A DNA stretch of 63,682 nt, filler included, from Octopus bimaculoides (Eukaryota): NCBI RefSeq assembly GCF_001194135.2. It is 6 parts of 6 records of this genome, joined end to end, with 100 filler letters (N's around TTAATTAATTAA, not from the genome) between each part and the next. Parts side by side here need not be neighbours in the genome. Positions count along the whole stretch, not along the records: positions 1 to 13,883 come from NW_026329153.1; 5 more parts are not named here. The stretch is one strand, 5' to 3'. Below the pieces are notes generated by a model. It was not told the DNA's origin and ran no database searches. It worked only from the letters and a program-made list of their open reading frames with translations. The translations under genes and the position numbers were made by a program. Every line of letters starts with the position of its first letter. The stretch's first letter is position 1. Of the stretch, positions 1-12,879 are shown in pieces.

Positions 1-380
1 ACACACACACATGCACACACACACACACACACATGTACACACACACACACACACAAATGCCATTCTCAAAAGGTGATCTCACTTTGCTAATCAAATTCTT
101 CAATATCTTGATGGCATCAGTGAGAGGATAGGGGGGGGGGGCTTACATCACAACCACCACCCCCACCACCACCATCACTACTACTACTACTACTACTAAC
201 AGATCCACTACATCCCCTCATCACCACCACTATCCTGCCCGTTGATGTAGCCTCTACATGGTTGCATGGCCTGCTAGAAATAGCAGCCAAATCTCCCTCA
301 AATCACATGCCACCATTTTTTAAAACGCCCCTGTAGGATACTGTTCGGCCTGGTTGCTACCTTCCCGATATTACAGAGAA

Positions 381-881
381 AAGGCCTGATGGTCACAGAT
401 GGATTGTCTTTGATTATAGGTCTGGATCAGGACTGACCTGGGGTTAAACAACAACAGCTATAGCCACTAATACTAACTCCTATACATTCGATAATGTAGT
501 CCTAGATACACTATGCCTGAATAAAAGATGCGATGGTCACATGTGGAACGTCTTTGATCATAGGCCTGTCTGGATCAGGACTGACCTGGGGCTAAACAAC
601 AACAGCTATAGCTACTAATACTAACTCCTATGCTATACATTCGATAATGTAGTCCTAGATACACTATGCCTGAATAAAAGATGGGATGGTCACAGCTGGA
701 ATGTCTTTGATCATAGGTCTGTCTGGATCAGGACTGACCTGGGGTTAAACAACAGTAGCAACCATTAGATTATGTAGTCTTAGATACACTATGTCTGGGT
801 AAAAGCTGGGATGGTCACAGCTGGAACGTCTTTGATCATAGGTCTGTCTGGGTCAGGACTGACCTAGGGTTAAACAACAAC
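381..881 (+). repeat. Tandem array, 4 copies of a 125-153 bp unit
   Basis: GATGGTCACA..TCTTTGATCATAGG..GGATCAGGACTGACCTGGGG.TAAACAAC starts at 388, 532, 685 and 810. Confidence 0.9.
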
Positions 882-1599
882 ACACCCCGCTACACTCATT
901 GGCAGTCATCGTACCCCACTTCACACAACCCATAACTGACCCCCCCCCCTTTCAATTCTCTATTCCCACACAAATCAGTTTTAGGGTGAGGTTTTTAATA
1001 AGATTATTTCTGTCACCGAGGAAGGGCAGTTGTTTAAGGTTCGAATTTTGGGAGTTGTTTTTCAGGGTTTAGTTTAAAAACACAATTCAGTACATCATCA
1101 TCATCATCATCGTCGTCGTCGTTTAACGTCTTGCTTTCCATGCTAGCATGGGTTATGTATGTGTATATGACTGTGTGGTAAGAAACTTGCTTTGTAACCG
1201 CATGGTTCCGGGTTCAGTCCCACTTCACGGCACCTTGGGCAAGTGTCTTCTACTATAGCCTCGGACCGACCAAAGCCTTGTGAGTGGATTTGGTAGACGG
1301 AAACTGAAAGAAGCCTGTCGTATATCTTTTGCTTTTTATCTCTTACTTGTTTCTGTTATTAGATTATGGCCATGCTGAGGTACCGCCTTGTAGTGTTTTA
1401 GTCAAAACAAATCGATCCCAGGATTTATTTTTAAAGCCTGGTATTCTGTCAGTCTTAATTGGCAAACCGCTAAATCAGGGGGGGGTGTAAACACACCATT
1501 ACGGTCTGTCGAGTGGTGGTGGGTGAATAAACACAGACACAAAGACACACACATAGATATATACATACATCTATACACACACACACACACACATATCTC

Positions 1600-1663
<64 letters not shown>

Positions 1664-2036
1664 NNNNNNNNNNNNNNNNNNNNNNNNNNNNNNNNNNNNN
1701 NNNNNNNNNNNNNNNNNNNNNNNNNNNNNNNNNNNNNNNNNNNNNNNNNNNNNNNNNNNNNNNNNNNNNNNNNNNNNNNNNNNNNNNNNNNNNNNNNNNN
1801 NNNNNNNNNNNNNNNNNNNNNNNNNNNNNNNNNNNNNNNNNNNNNNNNNNNNNNNNNNNNNNNNNNNNNNNNNNNNNNNNNNNNNNNNNNNNNNNNNNNN
1901 NNNNNNNNNNNNNNNNNNNNNNNNNNNNNNNNNNNNNNNNNNNGGTGTAAACACACCATTACGGTCTGTCGAGTGGTGGTGGGTGAATAAACACAGACAC
2001 AAAGACACACACATAGATATATACATACATCTAAAG

Positions 2037-2418
2037 CAGGGGTTCTCAACCATTTCTTTTTACCCTTCTGAGCGAGATCGTTGCCAGTGCCCCTGGACTG
2101 GCTCTTGTGCAGGTGGCACATAAAATACACCATTTTAAGTGTGGCTGTTGCCAGTACCGCCTGACTGGCCTTCGTGCGGGTGACACGTAAAAGCACCCAC
2201 TACCCTCTCGGAGTGGTTGACGTTAGGAAGGGCATCCAGCTGTAGAAACTCTGCCAAATCAGATTGGAGCCTGGTGTTGCCATCTGGTTTCACCAGTCCT
2301 CAGTCAAATCGTCCAACCCATGCTAGCATGGAAAGCGGACGTTAAACGATGATGATGATGATTTTCACCCATTAACGTGAGCCACATGGACCATATAAAT
2401 CCTTGTTGAGAACCATTG
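2037..2418. mobile_element. hAT/Charlie-like MITE containing a nested RTE-type 3' tail
   Basis: Termini CAGGGGTTCTCAACC and TGTTGAGAACCATTG, with flanks resembling NTCTARAN targets but not identical to each other. A related left end is at ~32740. Confidence 0.6.
2066..2362 (+). mobile_element. 3' UTR/tail of an RTE-like retroposon ending in (GAT)n
   Basis: ..GGAAGGGCATCCAGCTGTAGAAAC..CCCATGCTAGCATGGAAAGCGGACGTTAAACGATGATG. The same module recurs at 1095-1153(-), 15020-15240(-), 19205-19545(-), 20330-20390(+) and 60300-60647(+). Confidence 0.7.
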
Positions 2419-2859
2419 GTTTAGACTATGTTCTTTTGCTGTAATTTTGGGGCCAAACCAGGAGTATTGAATCGAAATCATTCGTTAAAAATCGTTTACT
2501 AATTCTTTTTTCTGACACCAACCATGAATAATAGGAATAATGTTCAGCAAACGTTGACTTAATTGGATACACATGTTCAGAGAGACATGATATTGTGGCA
2601 ATAAATCTATTGGCATGGGAAAAAGTAACAAAAACTACCAATACGGGTAAATTACGAAATAATATCCATGAGTAGGAATCGAACCCGTTTCACCCACCAC
2701 TGCTAAGTCTCTCGGTACGCCGGTCGTATACCTCCCCTTCCTCCTTCTGTAAACGCCAAGCTGGAGGAGTAGTGGGAGGAAACCCGTTGTTGTAGGAAGA
2801 GCAACAGGAAATCTTTTCCGTCTGCTTTTCCGTCACTTTCCGTCGGTTTTCACCTCATT

Positions 2860-4075
2860 CCGTTATCTCTCATACTTTGCTTCTTTCTTTCTGTCTTTGT
2901 TTTCCTTGTTTTTCTTCGTCTCTCGCCGTTCTTTTCCGTCTCTTACGTCATTCGTCGTCTTCTCTGTACGGATTCCTCCTCCTCCCCCTCATTCTTATTT
3001 TGTGTGTACGTCACTCAATCTCCCCCTCTCTCTGTCTCTCAATCTCTCTCTCTCTCTCATGATTATTTAACCTGTCTTTCTCGACCCCCACTGTTTATTT
3101 ACCTAATTCTCTTTCACTCTCTTCTCTCTTGTTTGTGTTTATTCTCCTCCCTCTCCCTCCTCTTAGTCTATCCCTTATCTTCCCCGTCTATATCTCTTTA
3201 TTTCTCTCTCTCTCTCTGTCATATCTCTATCTATCTCTGCTTTCTCTCCCCACTCTCTCACACACACGCTTTCTCTCTATAATCTCTCCCTCTCTTTCTG
3301 CCTATCTTATCTCCCTCTCTCTCTCTTTCTGCCTATCTTATCTCCCTCTCTCTCTCTATATATATATATCGTTCTCTCTCTCCATTTCTGCCTATCTTAT
3401 CTCCCTCTCTCTCTCTTTCTGCCTATCTTATCTCCCTCTCTCTCTCTCTTTATCAATCTATCTACTCTCTTTCCTCATTCTTTTCTCTCTATACTTTCTC
3501 TCTCACACACACTCACTATTTCTTTAAGTGCACCTCTCTCTCCAACTCATGCACATTCTCTCACACTAACCCTACACACACACTCTCTCTCTATCTCTCT
3601 CTAAACACACACACTCTAGTCTCTCTATCAATCCATATCCCTCTCCCTCACTTTCTCTCTCAAACACTCTCTCTCTCATACACACTTTCTCTCTCAAACA
3701 CTCTCTCCTCACACTTTCTCTCTTACGCTCTCTCTCTCTCTCTCTCTATCAACCCCGTCACTTTCTCATTCTCCCTCCGTCTCTCACACACTCTCTCTAC
3801 CTCCACCCCTCTCCTAACTCATTCACCAACATTCTTCTATTCTCGTGACTCAACACCCTAACTCTAACCCTACCCGACTCTATCCGTCATTTCACCCCCA
3901 CTCCACACACACTCCCCCCACTATAAACCCTATTTCCCCCCCCACTCTCTCTTTCTGCATCCCCGCCCTCCGTTAGCCCACATTCTCCTTCACTACCCCG
4001 TCTCTACCCAGAGCTTTAGTTTCTATTTCGAGCACCGTTCTCTACCACACCACACCGACACAACCCTATCATTTA
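2860..4075. repeat. CT-rich low-complexity tract
   Basis: Pyrimidine-rich + strand with (CT)n and short internal duplications. A similar tract lies at 8900-10480. Confidence 0.9.
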
Positions 4076-4359
4076 TTTTTTTTTACTTCCTGCTTGTGTC
4101 AGTCATTGGACTGCGGCCATGCTGGGGCACCACTCGAACGAATAGACCCCCAGCACGTACTTTTTTTTTTCTCCTTTAAGCCGGATACACGCATTCTATT
4201 GGTCTCTATCGCTGAATCGCATCGCACAAGTTATGGGGACGCAAACAAACCAACAACGGTTGTCAAGCTGCGTGGAAAAGACAAATTTAATACAAACGCA
4301 GACATACACATAATTATATATTAAACACTCACATGATGTGTGTGTCTGTGAGACCCATC

Positions 4360-4685
4360 TCTTTTACTCTTTTACTTGCTTCAGTCTTTTGACTGCGGCC
4401 ATGCTGGAGCACCGCCTTTTAGTCGAGCTAATCGACCCCAGGACTTATTCTTTGTAAGCCTAGTACTTATTCTGTCAGTCTCTTTTGCCGAACCGCTAAG
4501 TTACGGGGACGTAAACACACCAGCATCAGTTGTCAAGCGATGTTGGGGGGACAAACACAGACACACAAACATATACACACACATACATATATATATATAT
4601 ACGACGGGCTTCTTTCAGTTTCCGTCTACGAAATTCAGTCACAAGGCTTTGGTCGGCCCGAGGCTATAGCAGAAGACACTTGCCC
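4360..4685 (-). mobile_element. SINE family A copy, head truncated by gap
   Basis: Direct similarity to 15563-15996. A degenerate tail half also lies at 4080-4310. Confidence 0.85.
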
Positions 4686-5419
4686 NNNNNNNNNNNNNNN
4701 NNNNNNNNNNNNNNNNNNNNNNNNNNNNNNNNNNNNNNNNNNNNNNNNNNNNNNNNNNNNNNNNNNNNNNNNNNNNNNNNNNNNNNNNNNNNNNNNNNNN
4801 NNNNNNNNNNNNNNNNNNNNNNNNNNNNNNNNNNNNNNNNNNNNNNNNNNNNNNNNNNNNNNNNNNNNNNNNNNNNNNNNNNNNNNNNNNNNNNNNNNNN
4901 NNNNNNNNNNNNNNNNNNNNNNNNNNNNNNNNNNNNNNNNNNNNNNNNNNNNNNNNNNNNNNTCTTCAAATACTTTTCAGAATGTTTAAATTACGATTAT
5001 ATCGGTAATACTGACAACACATCACAATTTTTTTTTTTTTTTTTTTTCGAAATTTTAGGTTTCATTTTGTAAATATATATATGTGTATGTCTACGAACCC
5101 ACCAAATTTTTTTAAATTAAATTCCGATATAATCGTAATCTACACACTTTGAAAAGTATTTATAGAAAATTCCATTAAAAATTGCCCATTTTCTGAAAGT
5201 TATGAGTAACGAAATCCGTCTCGTGTGAATTTTCCGTAACTCCTCACCTCACCCTCAGCCCAATTTGCTTTTCACCATATATAATTAGAATCTACACCAT
5301 CTGAAGCATATCTGTAGAAATTTTCATTAAAAACTATCAATTTTTCTGAAAGTTATGAGGCAAAATGAAGCTCTACTGATCGAATATTATCTCGACACAC
5401 CAAGGCTAACGTGAAACCA

Positions 5420-5725
5420 ATAATAGAAAGTATTGAAGGAAGGAGATTGGAATGGCTGGGTCGAGTTTGTTGCTAGAAATCGAACTCAATTGTCAGGATC
5501 GCTTTGCAATGGGTTCCATAAGAAAAAAAGAAGACGTTGCCGACCAAAAGAAACGTGGCGGCGAACAATAGCAGAAGATCTTAAAAGCAGAAGGGTTAAC
5601 AATGGAACAAGCTGTCAAAGAACGCTTTCAGTGTTGGAAGCTAGAATGATCTTTGTTCTCGCCTCAAGTGCCACAAGGCACAATGAGAACCGAATGGATG
5701 AATGAATGAATGAAGGAATGAAGGA
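5420..5725 (+). mobile_element. RTE-clade LINE 3' end with (TGAA)n tail
   Basis: Decayed RRLEWLG..IVRIALQW..RPKETWRRTI.EDLK..FVLASSATRH followed by GAAT repeats. Confidence 0.75.
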
Positions 5726-5799
5726 ATATGAGGCAGCAAAGTCGAAGGATGCGGCAGACATGTGTAAGAACGTCTTTAGGGACATACATACTTACATAC

Positions 5800-5930
5800 T
5801 TCTGTTGAAGAGCGTAGGCTCGAAATGTTAAAGATTTTCTCTATTCCCGAGCGTTATACTAATACATCCATTTGTTGTTTACACCACTTGTCTTCGTCTG
5901 CTGTTTTTTTTCGTAAATTCTCCCATACAT
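5800..5930 (+). repeat. Penelope-like terminal repeat fragment (dispersed)
   Basis: GAAGAGCGTAGGCTCGAAA..GAGCGTTA.ACTAATACA recurs at 29238-29350. Family assignment is from memory. Confidence 0.5.
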
Positions 5931-6004
5931 ACATACATACATACATACACATTATATACACGCATACATATTATATAGGTATATACATACATATATATCA
6001 TATG

Positions 6005-6119
6005 ATTCCAGGTTCAGTCCCACAGTGTGGCACCTTGGGCAAGTGTCTTCTGCTATGGCCTCGGGCCGACCAAAGCCCTGTGAGTGGATTTGGTAGATGG
6101 AAACTGGAAGAAGCCCGTC

Positions 6120-6154
<35 letters not shown>

Positions 6155-6573
6155 TGTGCTTGTGTTTGTCCCTGCCACCATCGTTTGACAACCGATGTTG
6201 GAATGTTCACGTCCCCGTAACAGCGGTTCGGCAAAAGAGACCGCTAGAATAAGTACTAGGCTTCCAAAGAATAAGTCCTGGGCTCGATTTGTTCGACTAA
6301 AGGCGGTGCTCCAGCATGGCCGCAGTCAAATGACTGAAACTAGTAAGAGATAAAAGACTATATATACCACGCGCTTCTTTCAGTCTCCGTCAACCAAATC
6401 CACTCACAAGGCTTGGTTGGCCCGAGGCTATAGTAGAAGACACTTGCCCAAGGTGTCATACAGTGGGACTGAACCCGAAACCATGTGGTTGGGAAAATGG
6501 CGTGGCCGTATTGTAAGAAGCTTCCGGGTTCAGTCCCACTGCGTGACACCTTGGGCAAGTATCTTCTACTATA
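6005..6573. mobile_element. Three adjacent SINE family A copies in +,-,+ orientation
   Basis: 6005-6358(+), 6360-6492(-), 6505-6573(+). Confidence 0.85.
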
Positions 6574-7150
6574 NNNNNNNNNNNNNNNNNNNNNNNNNNN
6601 NNNNNNNNNNNNNNNNNNNNNNNNNNNNNNNNNNNNNNNNNNNNNNNNNNNNNNNNNNNNNNNNNNNNNNNNNNNNNNNNNNNNNNNNNNNNNNNNNNNN
6701 NNNNNNNNNNNNNNNNNNNNNNNNNNNNNNNNNNNNNNNNNNNNNNNNNNNNNNNNNNNNNNNNNNNNNNNNNNNNNNNNNNNNNNNNNNNNNNNNNNNN
6801 NNNNNNNNNNNNNNNNNNNNNNNNNNNNNNNNNNNNNNNNNNNNNNNNNNNNNNNNNNNNNNNNNNNNNNNNNNNNNNNNNNNNNNNNNNNNNNNNNNNN
6901 NNNNNNNNNNNNNNNNNNNNNNNNNNNNNNNNNNNNNNNNNNNNNNNNNNNNNNNNNNNNNNNNNNNNNNNNNNNNNNNNNNNNNNNNNNNNNNNNNNNN
7001 NNNNNNNNNNNNNNNNNNNNNNNNNNNNNNNNNNNNNNNNNNNNNNNNNNNNNNNNNNNNNNNNNNNNNNNNNNNNNNNNNNNNNNNNNNNNNNNNNNNN
7101 NNNNNNNNNNNNNNNNNNNNNNNNNNNNNNNNNNNNNNNNNNNNNNNNNN

Positions 7151-7214
<64 letters not shown>

Positions 7215-7809
7215 TGTATATACTAGCAGAGATACCCGGCCTTGCTCGGGATTAAAATGGCATAAATTTGATAGATATATATAAATATATAAATAATGAA
7301 CGGGAACGTGAAACTCCGAGTAACAGTCTTGTTATAGTCCTGGGGTCGATTTCTTCGACTAAAACCCTTTAATGCGGTGCTCCAGTATGGCCACAGTCAA
7401 AATAACTGAAACAGGTAAAAGAATGCGCGCGCGTGTATATACACATGCATATATAGGTTTATGTATGTATATCAGTTCCCGTCTACGAAATCCACTCGCA
7501 GGAAGACTTTGGTTGGCCCGGGGCTATAGAAGACACTTGCCCGAGGAGCCACAGTTTGGAATCGAACCCGGAACCACGTCATTGGAAAGCAAGCTTCTCA
7601 AACTATTCAACCCCACTACATCATTGTATACTACGCCATGCCACCATTACAACCGCACCATCGTCCTCCTTCTTTCAGTCACTATGTCACTCATTCATTC
7701 ATAATTCCATCACCGCCGCCACCACCACTATCACTTACGTATTTGACCTTGTTTTTACATCATCCACCACCACCACCACCACCATCATTACATTATTACC
7801 ACCGTCGCC

Positions 7810-7985
7810 GCCACCACCTTATCGACAGTAGCTCTCCTACCACCACCACCGTCGCCGCCACCACCTTATCGACAGTAGCTCTCTTACCACCACCACCGCC
7901 GCCACCACCTTATCGATAGTAGCTCTCTTACCACCACCGTCTCCGCCACCACCTTATCGACAGTAGCTCTCCTACCACCACCAGT
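7810..7985 (+). repeat. Minisatellite, ~4 copies of a ~42-45 bp unit
   Basis: CCACCACCTTATCGACAGTAGCTCTC.TACCACCACC repeated. Confidence 0.9.
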
Positions 7986-10551
7986 TGATCACTACCTACT
8001 CTGTCACAATTATTACCTCCACAGCCACCACTACTTATTCCTGTCCTCCCACCACTAGTTGATCACTGCCTCTTCCTCCAACTCTCTCACAATCAATACC
8101 TCCACAACCCCCACCATATAACTAACAGTATACACAATGTGGTCGTTCGGCGTGCTTGAAATAACAGCCATACTCCCGTAAATCATACTCATTACTCTCT
8201 GTATAAAAGGAAGGACACATTACGTAATAATGAATCTAGCACCATCCCTGCCTACTACAACAGCAACACGCATCCCTGCTAGACTGTACAATACTAGCAC
8301 CCATACACTACAGTACAGCAGTGGCAGACGACCACACTGCACCACAACCGCTACGCTACCATTCGAAGTGCATGACCACTGCAGCATTAACGCCCACGCT
8401 GCAGCTTCACCACAAAACTGCTACACTACCGCACAAACACATACACCACAGCACCATCTACTACAACTACTACTAGTACAACTACTACTACTACTACTAC
8501 TACCACAAGGAACTTCTACTACATCACTACTAACACACAGTCAACAGCGAAGCGTCGCCCTGCTAGAAATAGCAGCCAAAGCTCTCCTTCAAATCATACT
8601 CGGGTCTTGCTCAACCACGATTTGACCTAGGGTTAAACCATCACCACTATTACCATCTACTCCTACTGCTACTCCTTCAACCGGTTCACCTACCATCGTC
8701 ACCACCTTCACCGCCACCACCACTATCAATACATACTATTTACTACTACTACTATCCCTCCCTCCACCCTATGGCTACACTTCACCGATATCCATCCACC
8801 TCCACCACCACCATTATATTTATAGTATCCACCGCCACCTCCTTCATGGGGTGCAAGTTCATTGCCACCGTCATCACCTTCACGCCACCATTATATTTAT
8901 ACTCTCTTTCTTTTTCTCTTTGTGTTTGTCTCTCTCTGTCTCTTAATGTCTATTTCTCTTTCTCTATCTCTTTCTCTCCTTCCCCATCGCCACCATATAC
9001 ATAATACCTTTCCCTGCTCCACTCTCTCTCTCTTTCTTTTTCTCTTTGTGTTTGTCTCTCTCTCTCTTACTGTCTATTTGTCTTTCTCTTTTTCACTCTA
9101 TTTCTCTTTCTCTATCTCTTTCTCTCCCTCTCCATCGCCACCACACACATAATAGCTTTCCCTTCTCCCACCACCACCAGATTTATAGCCGGCGCTACAA
9201 CCACCACCATCACCACCACCACCACCATAATAGTACCGGCCGCATTACCTACCACCACATTATCTCAACCTCCCACCATACCTCTCTATTACCACTACGA
9301 CTACTACAACTGCTTAACCTTTCAACATTGTCTCAACGTCACCACCACCTCACTACTGTTTCCTTCCTCCTTATCTCTCCCTCCCACCACCTTACTTGTT
9401 GACTTCCCTACTCCACCGCCACCACCACGGAACAACCGATGTCTTTCTCACCCTTCCACTCCTATACAAACATGTATCTCCTCCCCTTCTTTCTCTTTCC
9501 GGCTTCTTCCTCCTGCATCGTCTGCTTTTTACCCCCTCCTCCCTCCACGATGCATGTGCATTCACTCTCCACCTCTTCCTAACCTCATTGCACTCTCGGC
9601 TTCTCCCTCTGTTTCTCTAATTGTCTGTATCCCCCTCTCTCTATTTCATATGTTACTATCATACGTCTCTGCTCCTACCACAGTTCTACGTCTCTGTCTT
9701 TTATTACACTAACTCTTCCCATTCCTCTTACCACATCCGTCATTATCACCTTCTTTTCCTTTATCGTCTGCTTTTATTGATTTGCTGCTTCTCTCTCTCT
9801 CTCTCTCTCATACTATCATTACCTCTTCACTCCATCTCTCTTTGATTATTTATCTGTCGTTCATCCTCTCCCTCGCCATCTCTCTTTATCTCTTTTTCTC
9901 TCTTCCACTTACTCTCTTTTTTCTCTATCTCTCAACACTGTTTAACCCTCTTACTACCCCTCTCTTTCTCTAATACTATTTCATCTCTCTCTTCTTCAAT
10001 CTTAACTATTTCTTCTATTACACTTTCCCTCTCTATCTCCCATTTTCTCTCTCCCTATTAGCTCTCTGTCTCTCCTTTTCCCTATTCACCTCATCCTTCC
10101 TTCCTCACCACATTTCTAGCGCCAACTCTTACTTCTCCCCCTTTGTACTCCCTCTCTTTCTCTTATCTTCCTCCCTATCATTGCTCCCCTTCTTCCTCTA
10201 TTTTTCCTCTCTTTCTCTCACATCTATCGTCTGCTTTACTCTCACTCCGATACTAATAATTTCTCTTCCTCTCCCTCTCTCTGTCACTCACCCTAACCCT
10301 CTTACAATCCCTCATTCTTCTTTTCCTCCTACCCCAACCTCTGTCTTAGTTCTCTCTTTCTTTTATTTCACTCCGCCACCCCCACCACACATCTTTACTT
10401 TTTTTTACCTTTTATTTGTATTTTTTTCCCTTTCTTAATTATGTTTTTTTATTGTGTTTTTCTTCCTATTTCGCCGTTCTTTATTTCCAGTCTGTCCTCC
10501 CTCCGCTCTAATGTCCGAACTGAACCCGACTTACTTAGGCCTTCTACTTAC

Positions 10552-10660
10552 CATTGCCACTCCCTCGTCTTGTTGCATGCGGGCGAAATCTCGGCTTCCC
10601 ACTCACTGAAGCGAAACTGTGACCTCGTCGACCCCGCTCCGCGTTTGTGTCTGCCATCAT
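10552..10660 (-). CDS. Candidate first coding exon MMADTNAERGRRGHSFASVSGKPRFRPHATRRGSGN, unknown protein
   Basis: CpG-rich, AAGGCATGATGG start, open to a consensus donor AATG|GTAAGT. No partner exon identified. Confidence 0.35.
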
Positions 10661-11635
10661 GCCTTCTTTATTAGTTAATCTCTTATATCTCCTGTTATGT
10701 GATCTGTCTCAATTTTTACACGCGATAATCTTATTTCGGGTCAACCGACTTGCTAGAAATGACAACCAAATCTGTCTCGAATCACTCTTCTTATGCTACA
10801 ACATGATGGTCACGCACGGCACGTCATGACTTCGTGTTAGTAGTTAACAGAAATACCATAAGTGTTCTTCTGTGTTAAAATTTTAATAAAAATTACATGG
10901 TGGATCCCCAAATAAATGAGGTTAACTTCATTTATTTCTTGTTTATATTGATTTTCAAGGGAAGATCGATAAAATAAATACCAGTTCAATATATTATTTG
11001 ATTTAATTAACTCTTTGTAATCAGCCAGCCAGTCAGTCAGCACAGATCAATGGTGATGAAGATGCGTGTACGTGTGTACAAAGGAAAAAAAAACGGGATT
11101 AAAATATAGGTGAATACTTTGTGTGCACTCTGCAGGTATCAAACCTGCCTAATTAAATTGTCCATTGAAAGCCATTATTATATTAATCTCCCGTAAAATT
11201 TAATTGCAGCTATCTCTCCAGTTTGTCAATCCGAAAGTAAAGGCGCGTGGATTCGATTCCCGGTTGCATGCCGTGTCGTTGAGCAAGACACTTTATTTCA
11301 CGTTACTGCAGACCACTCATCTGGCAAAAATGAATTGTACTTGTAATTCAAAAGGGCCAGCCTTTTCATATTTGGTGTCACACTGAATCTTGAGACCTAC
11401 GTTGATTGGATTAACTAGGAACCAACACTCTTCGTTGTAAGAGACAGGGTGCCAGAAATTAGAAGTGCGGTAAATGCTCTGATAACGATGGTAATTTGAT
11501 CAATCAAATATTGGATCGATAAATAAATATGAATGATTTTTCGCATCACAGAATTTTGAGATGCCACTCTATCCGAAACGTGCATGAGCTAATTAAAGAA
11601 TGTACAATTCTCTCTATGTTTTTCTGATATGTGTA

Positions 11636-11794
<159 letters not shown>

Positions 11795-12325
11795 TTAATA
11801 AAGAAATTATAATAAATGCCTGTTTATATCTCATTTATTCCCTACGTATGTATCGCCGTTGTGATTGTTTGGAAATCTGTTGGCGGACCTAGGGGCATAG
11901 TTAGATGCCCAACCATACCAGATTATCAGTGCAAAGGCGTGGCTGTGTGGTAGGCCGCCGCGGGTAGCTGCGGAGATAATACAGCATTCATTGTTGTCAA
12001 GGGTCATGGAGAACCTTGACAAAAAACTGTTCGCATTCCTTTTTGCGGGTCCTGACTTGTCGCTGCAGAGTTGTCTGCGGGCGACGAGTCAAATTGCTTG
12101 GGGACCCAAATGATTGGGGTCCTTTTTTTTAATATATAAATTGAACAATGTTTTCGAGGGGTTATCGGTCGGTGGGCGCCGGTGCCCCTCCCATTTTTTA
12201 TTTCAAACTTTTTTTGTTATCACCCTCATCTCATTAATGTCCGTGTCCAGCTCGCACCTTCTTTACGTTTGTCTGTCCTTGTTTGTCCCCTCTTTGTAAG
12301 GCCCTAATGGCCAATTTAATGAAAT

Positions 12326-12467
12326 AAAGAAGCTTGCTTCCCAACCACATGGTTCTGGGTTCAGTCCCACTACATGACACCTTTGGCAAGTGTCTTCTGC
12401 TACAGCCTCGGGCCAAGCAAAGCTTTGTGAGTTAATTTGGTAGACGGAAACTGAAAGAAGCCCGTTG

Positions 12468-12499
<32 letters not shown>

Positions 12500-12780
12500 T
12501 GTATGTATGTATGTATGCTTGTGTGTGTGTGTGTGTGTGTGTGTATTTGTGTCTGTCTGTCTGTCCGCGCTCCCATTACCACTTGACAACCGGTGTTGGT
12601 GTGTTTACGTCCCCGTAACTTGGGAGTTCGGCAAAAGAGGCCGATAGAATAAAGTACTAGGCTTACAAAGAATAAGTCCTGGGTTGGGTGGGGTGTGGAG
12701 GTGGTCGATCTGTTCGAATAAAAAGACGATGCTCCAGCATGGCTGCAGTCAAATAAATGGCTGAAACAGTTAAAAGAATA
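12326..12780 (+). mobile_element. SINE family A copy
   Basis: Direct similarity. Further partial copies at 1172-1324(+), 1330-1575(-), 7325-7425(+), 7470-7610(-), 13525-13745(-), 34795-35010(-), 39525-39655(+), 40140-40272(+), 48050-48590(+) and 53790-53990(+). Confidence 0.85.
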
Positions 12781-12879
12781 CTGATTTCATTCAATTCCTT
12801 TGAGCAAAAATGTCTTCACGGCGGTGCCCCAGCATGGCCGCAACGAAATGAGTGAAACGAGCGAAAGCAGAAGAGAACG

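Noticed and set aside
1485-2031. Exact direct repeats flanking gaps (1485-1572 vs 1944-2031; 21935-21981 vs 21992-22040; 56232-56281 vs 56292-56341)
   Set aside because: Identical sequence on both sides of N runs indicates contig-overlap artefacts, not LTRs or TSDs.
2660-2720. tRNA-like GGTTCGATTCC on the minus strand
   Set aside because: B box only, with no acceptor stem or convincing A box.
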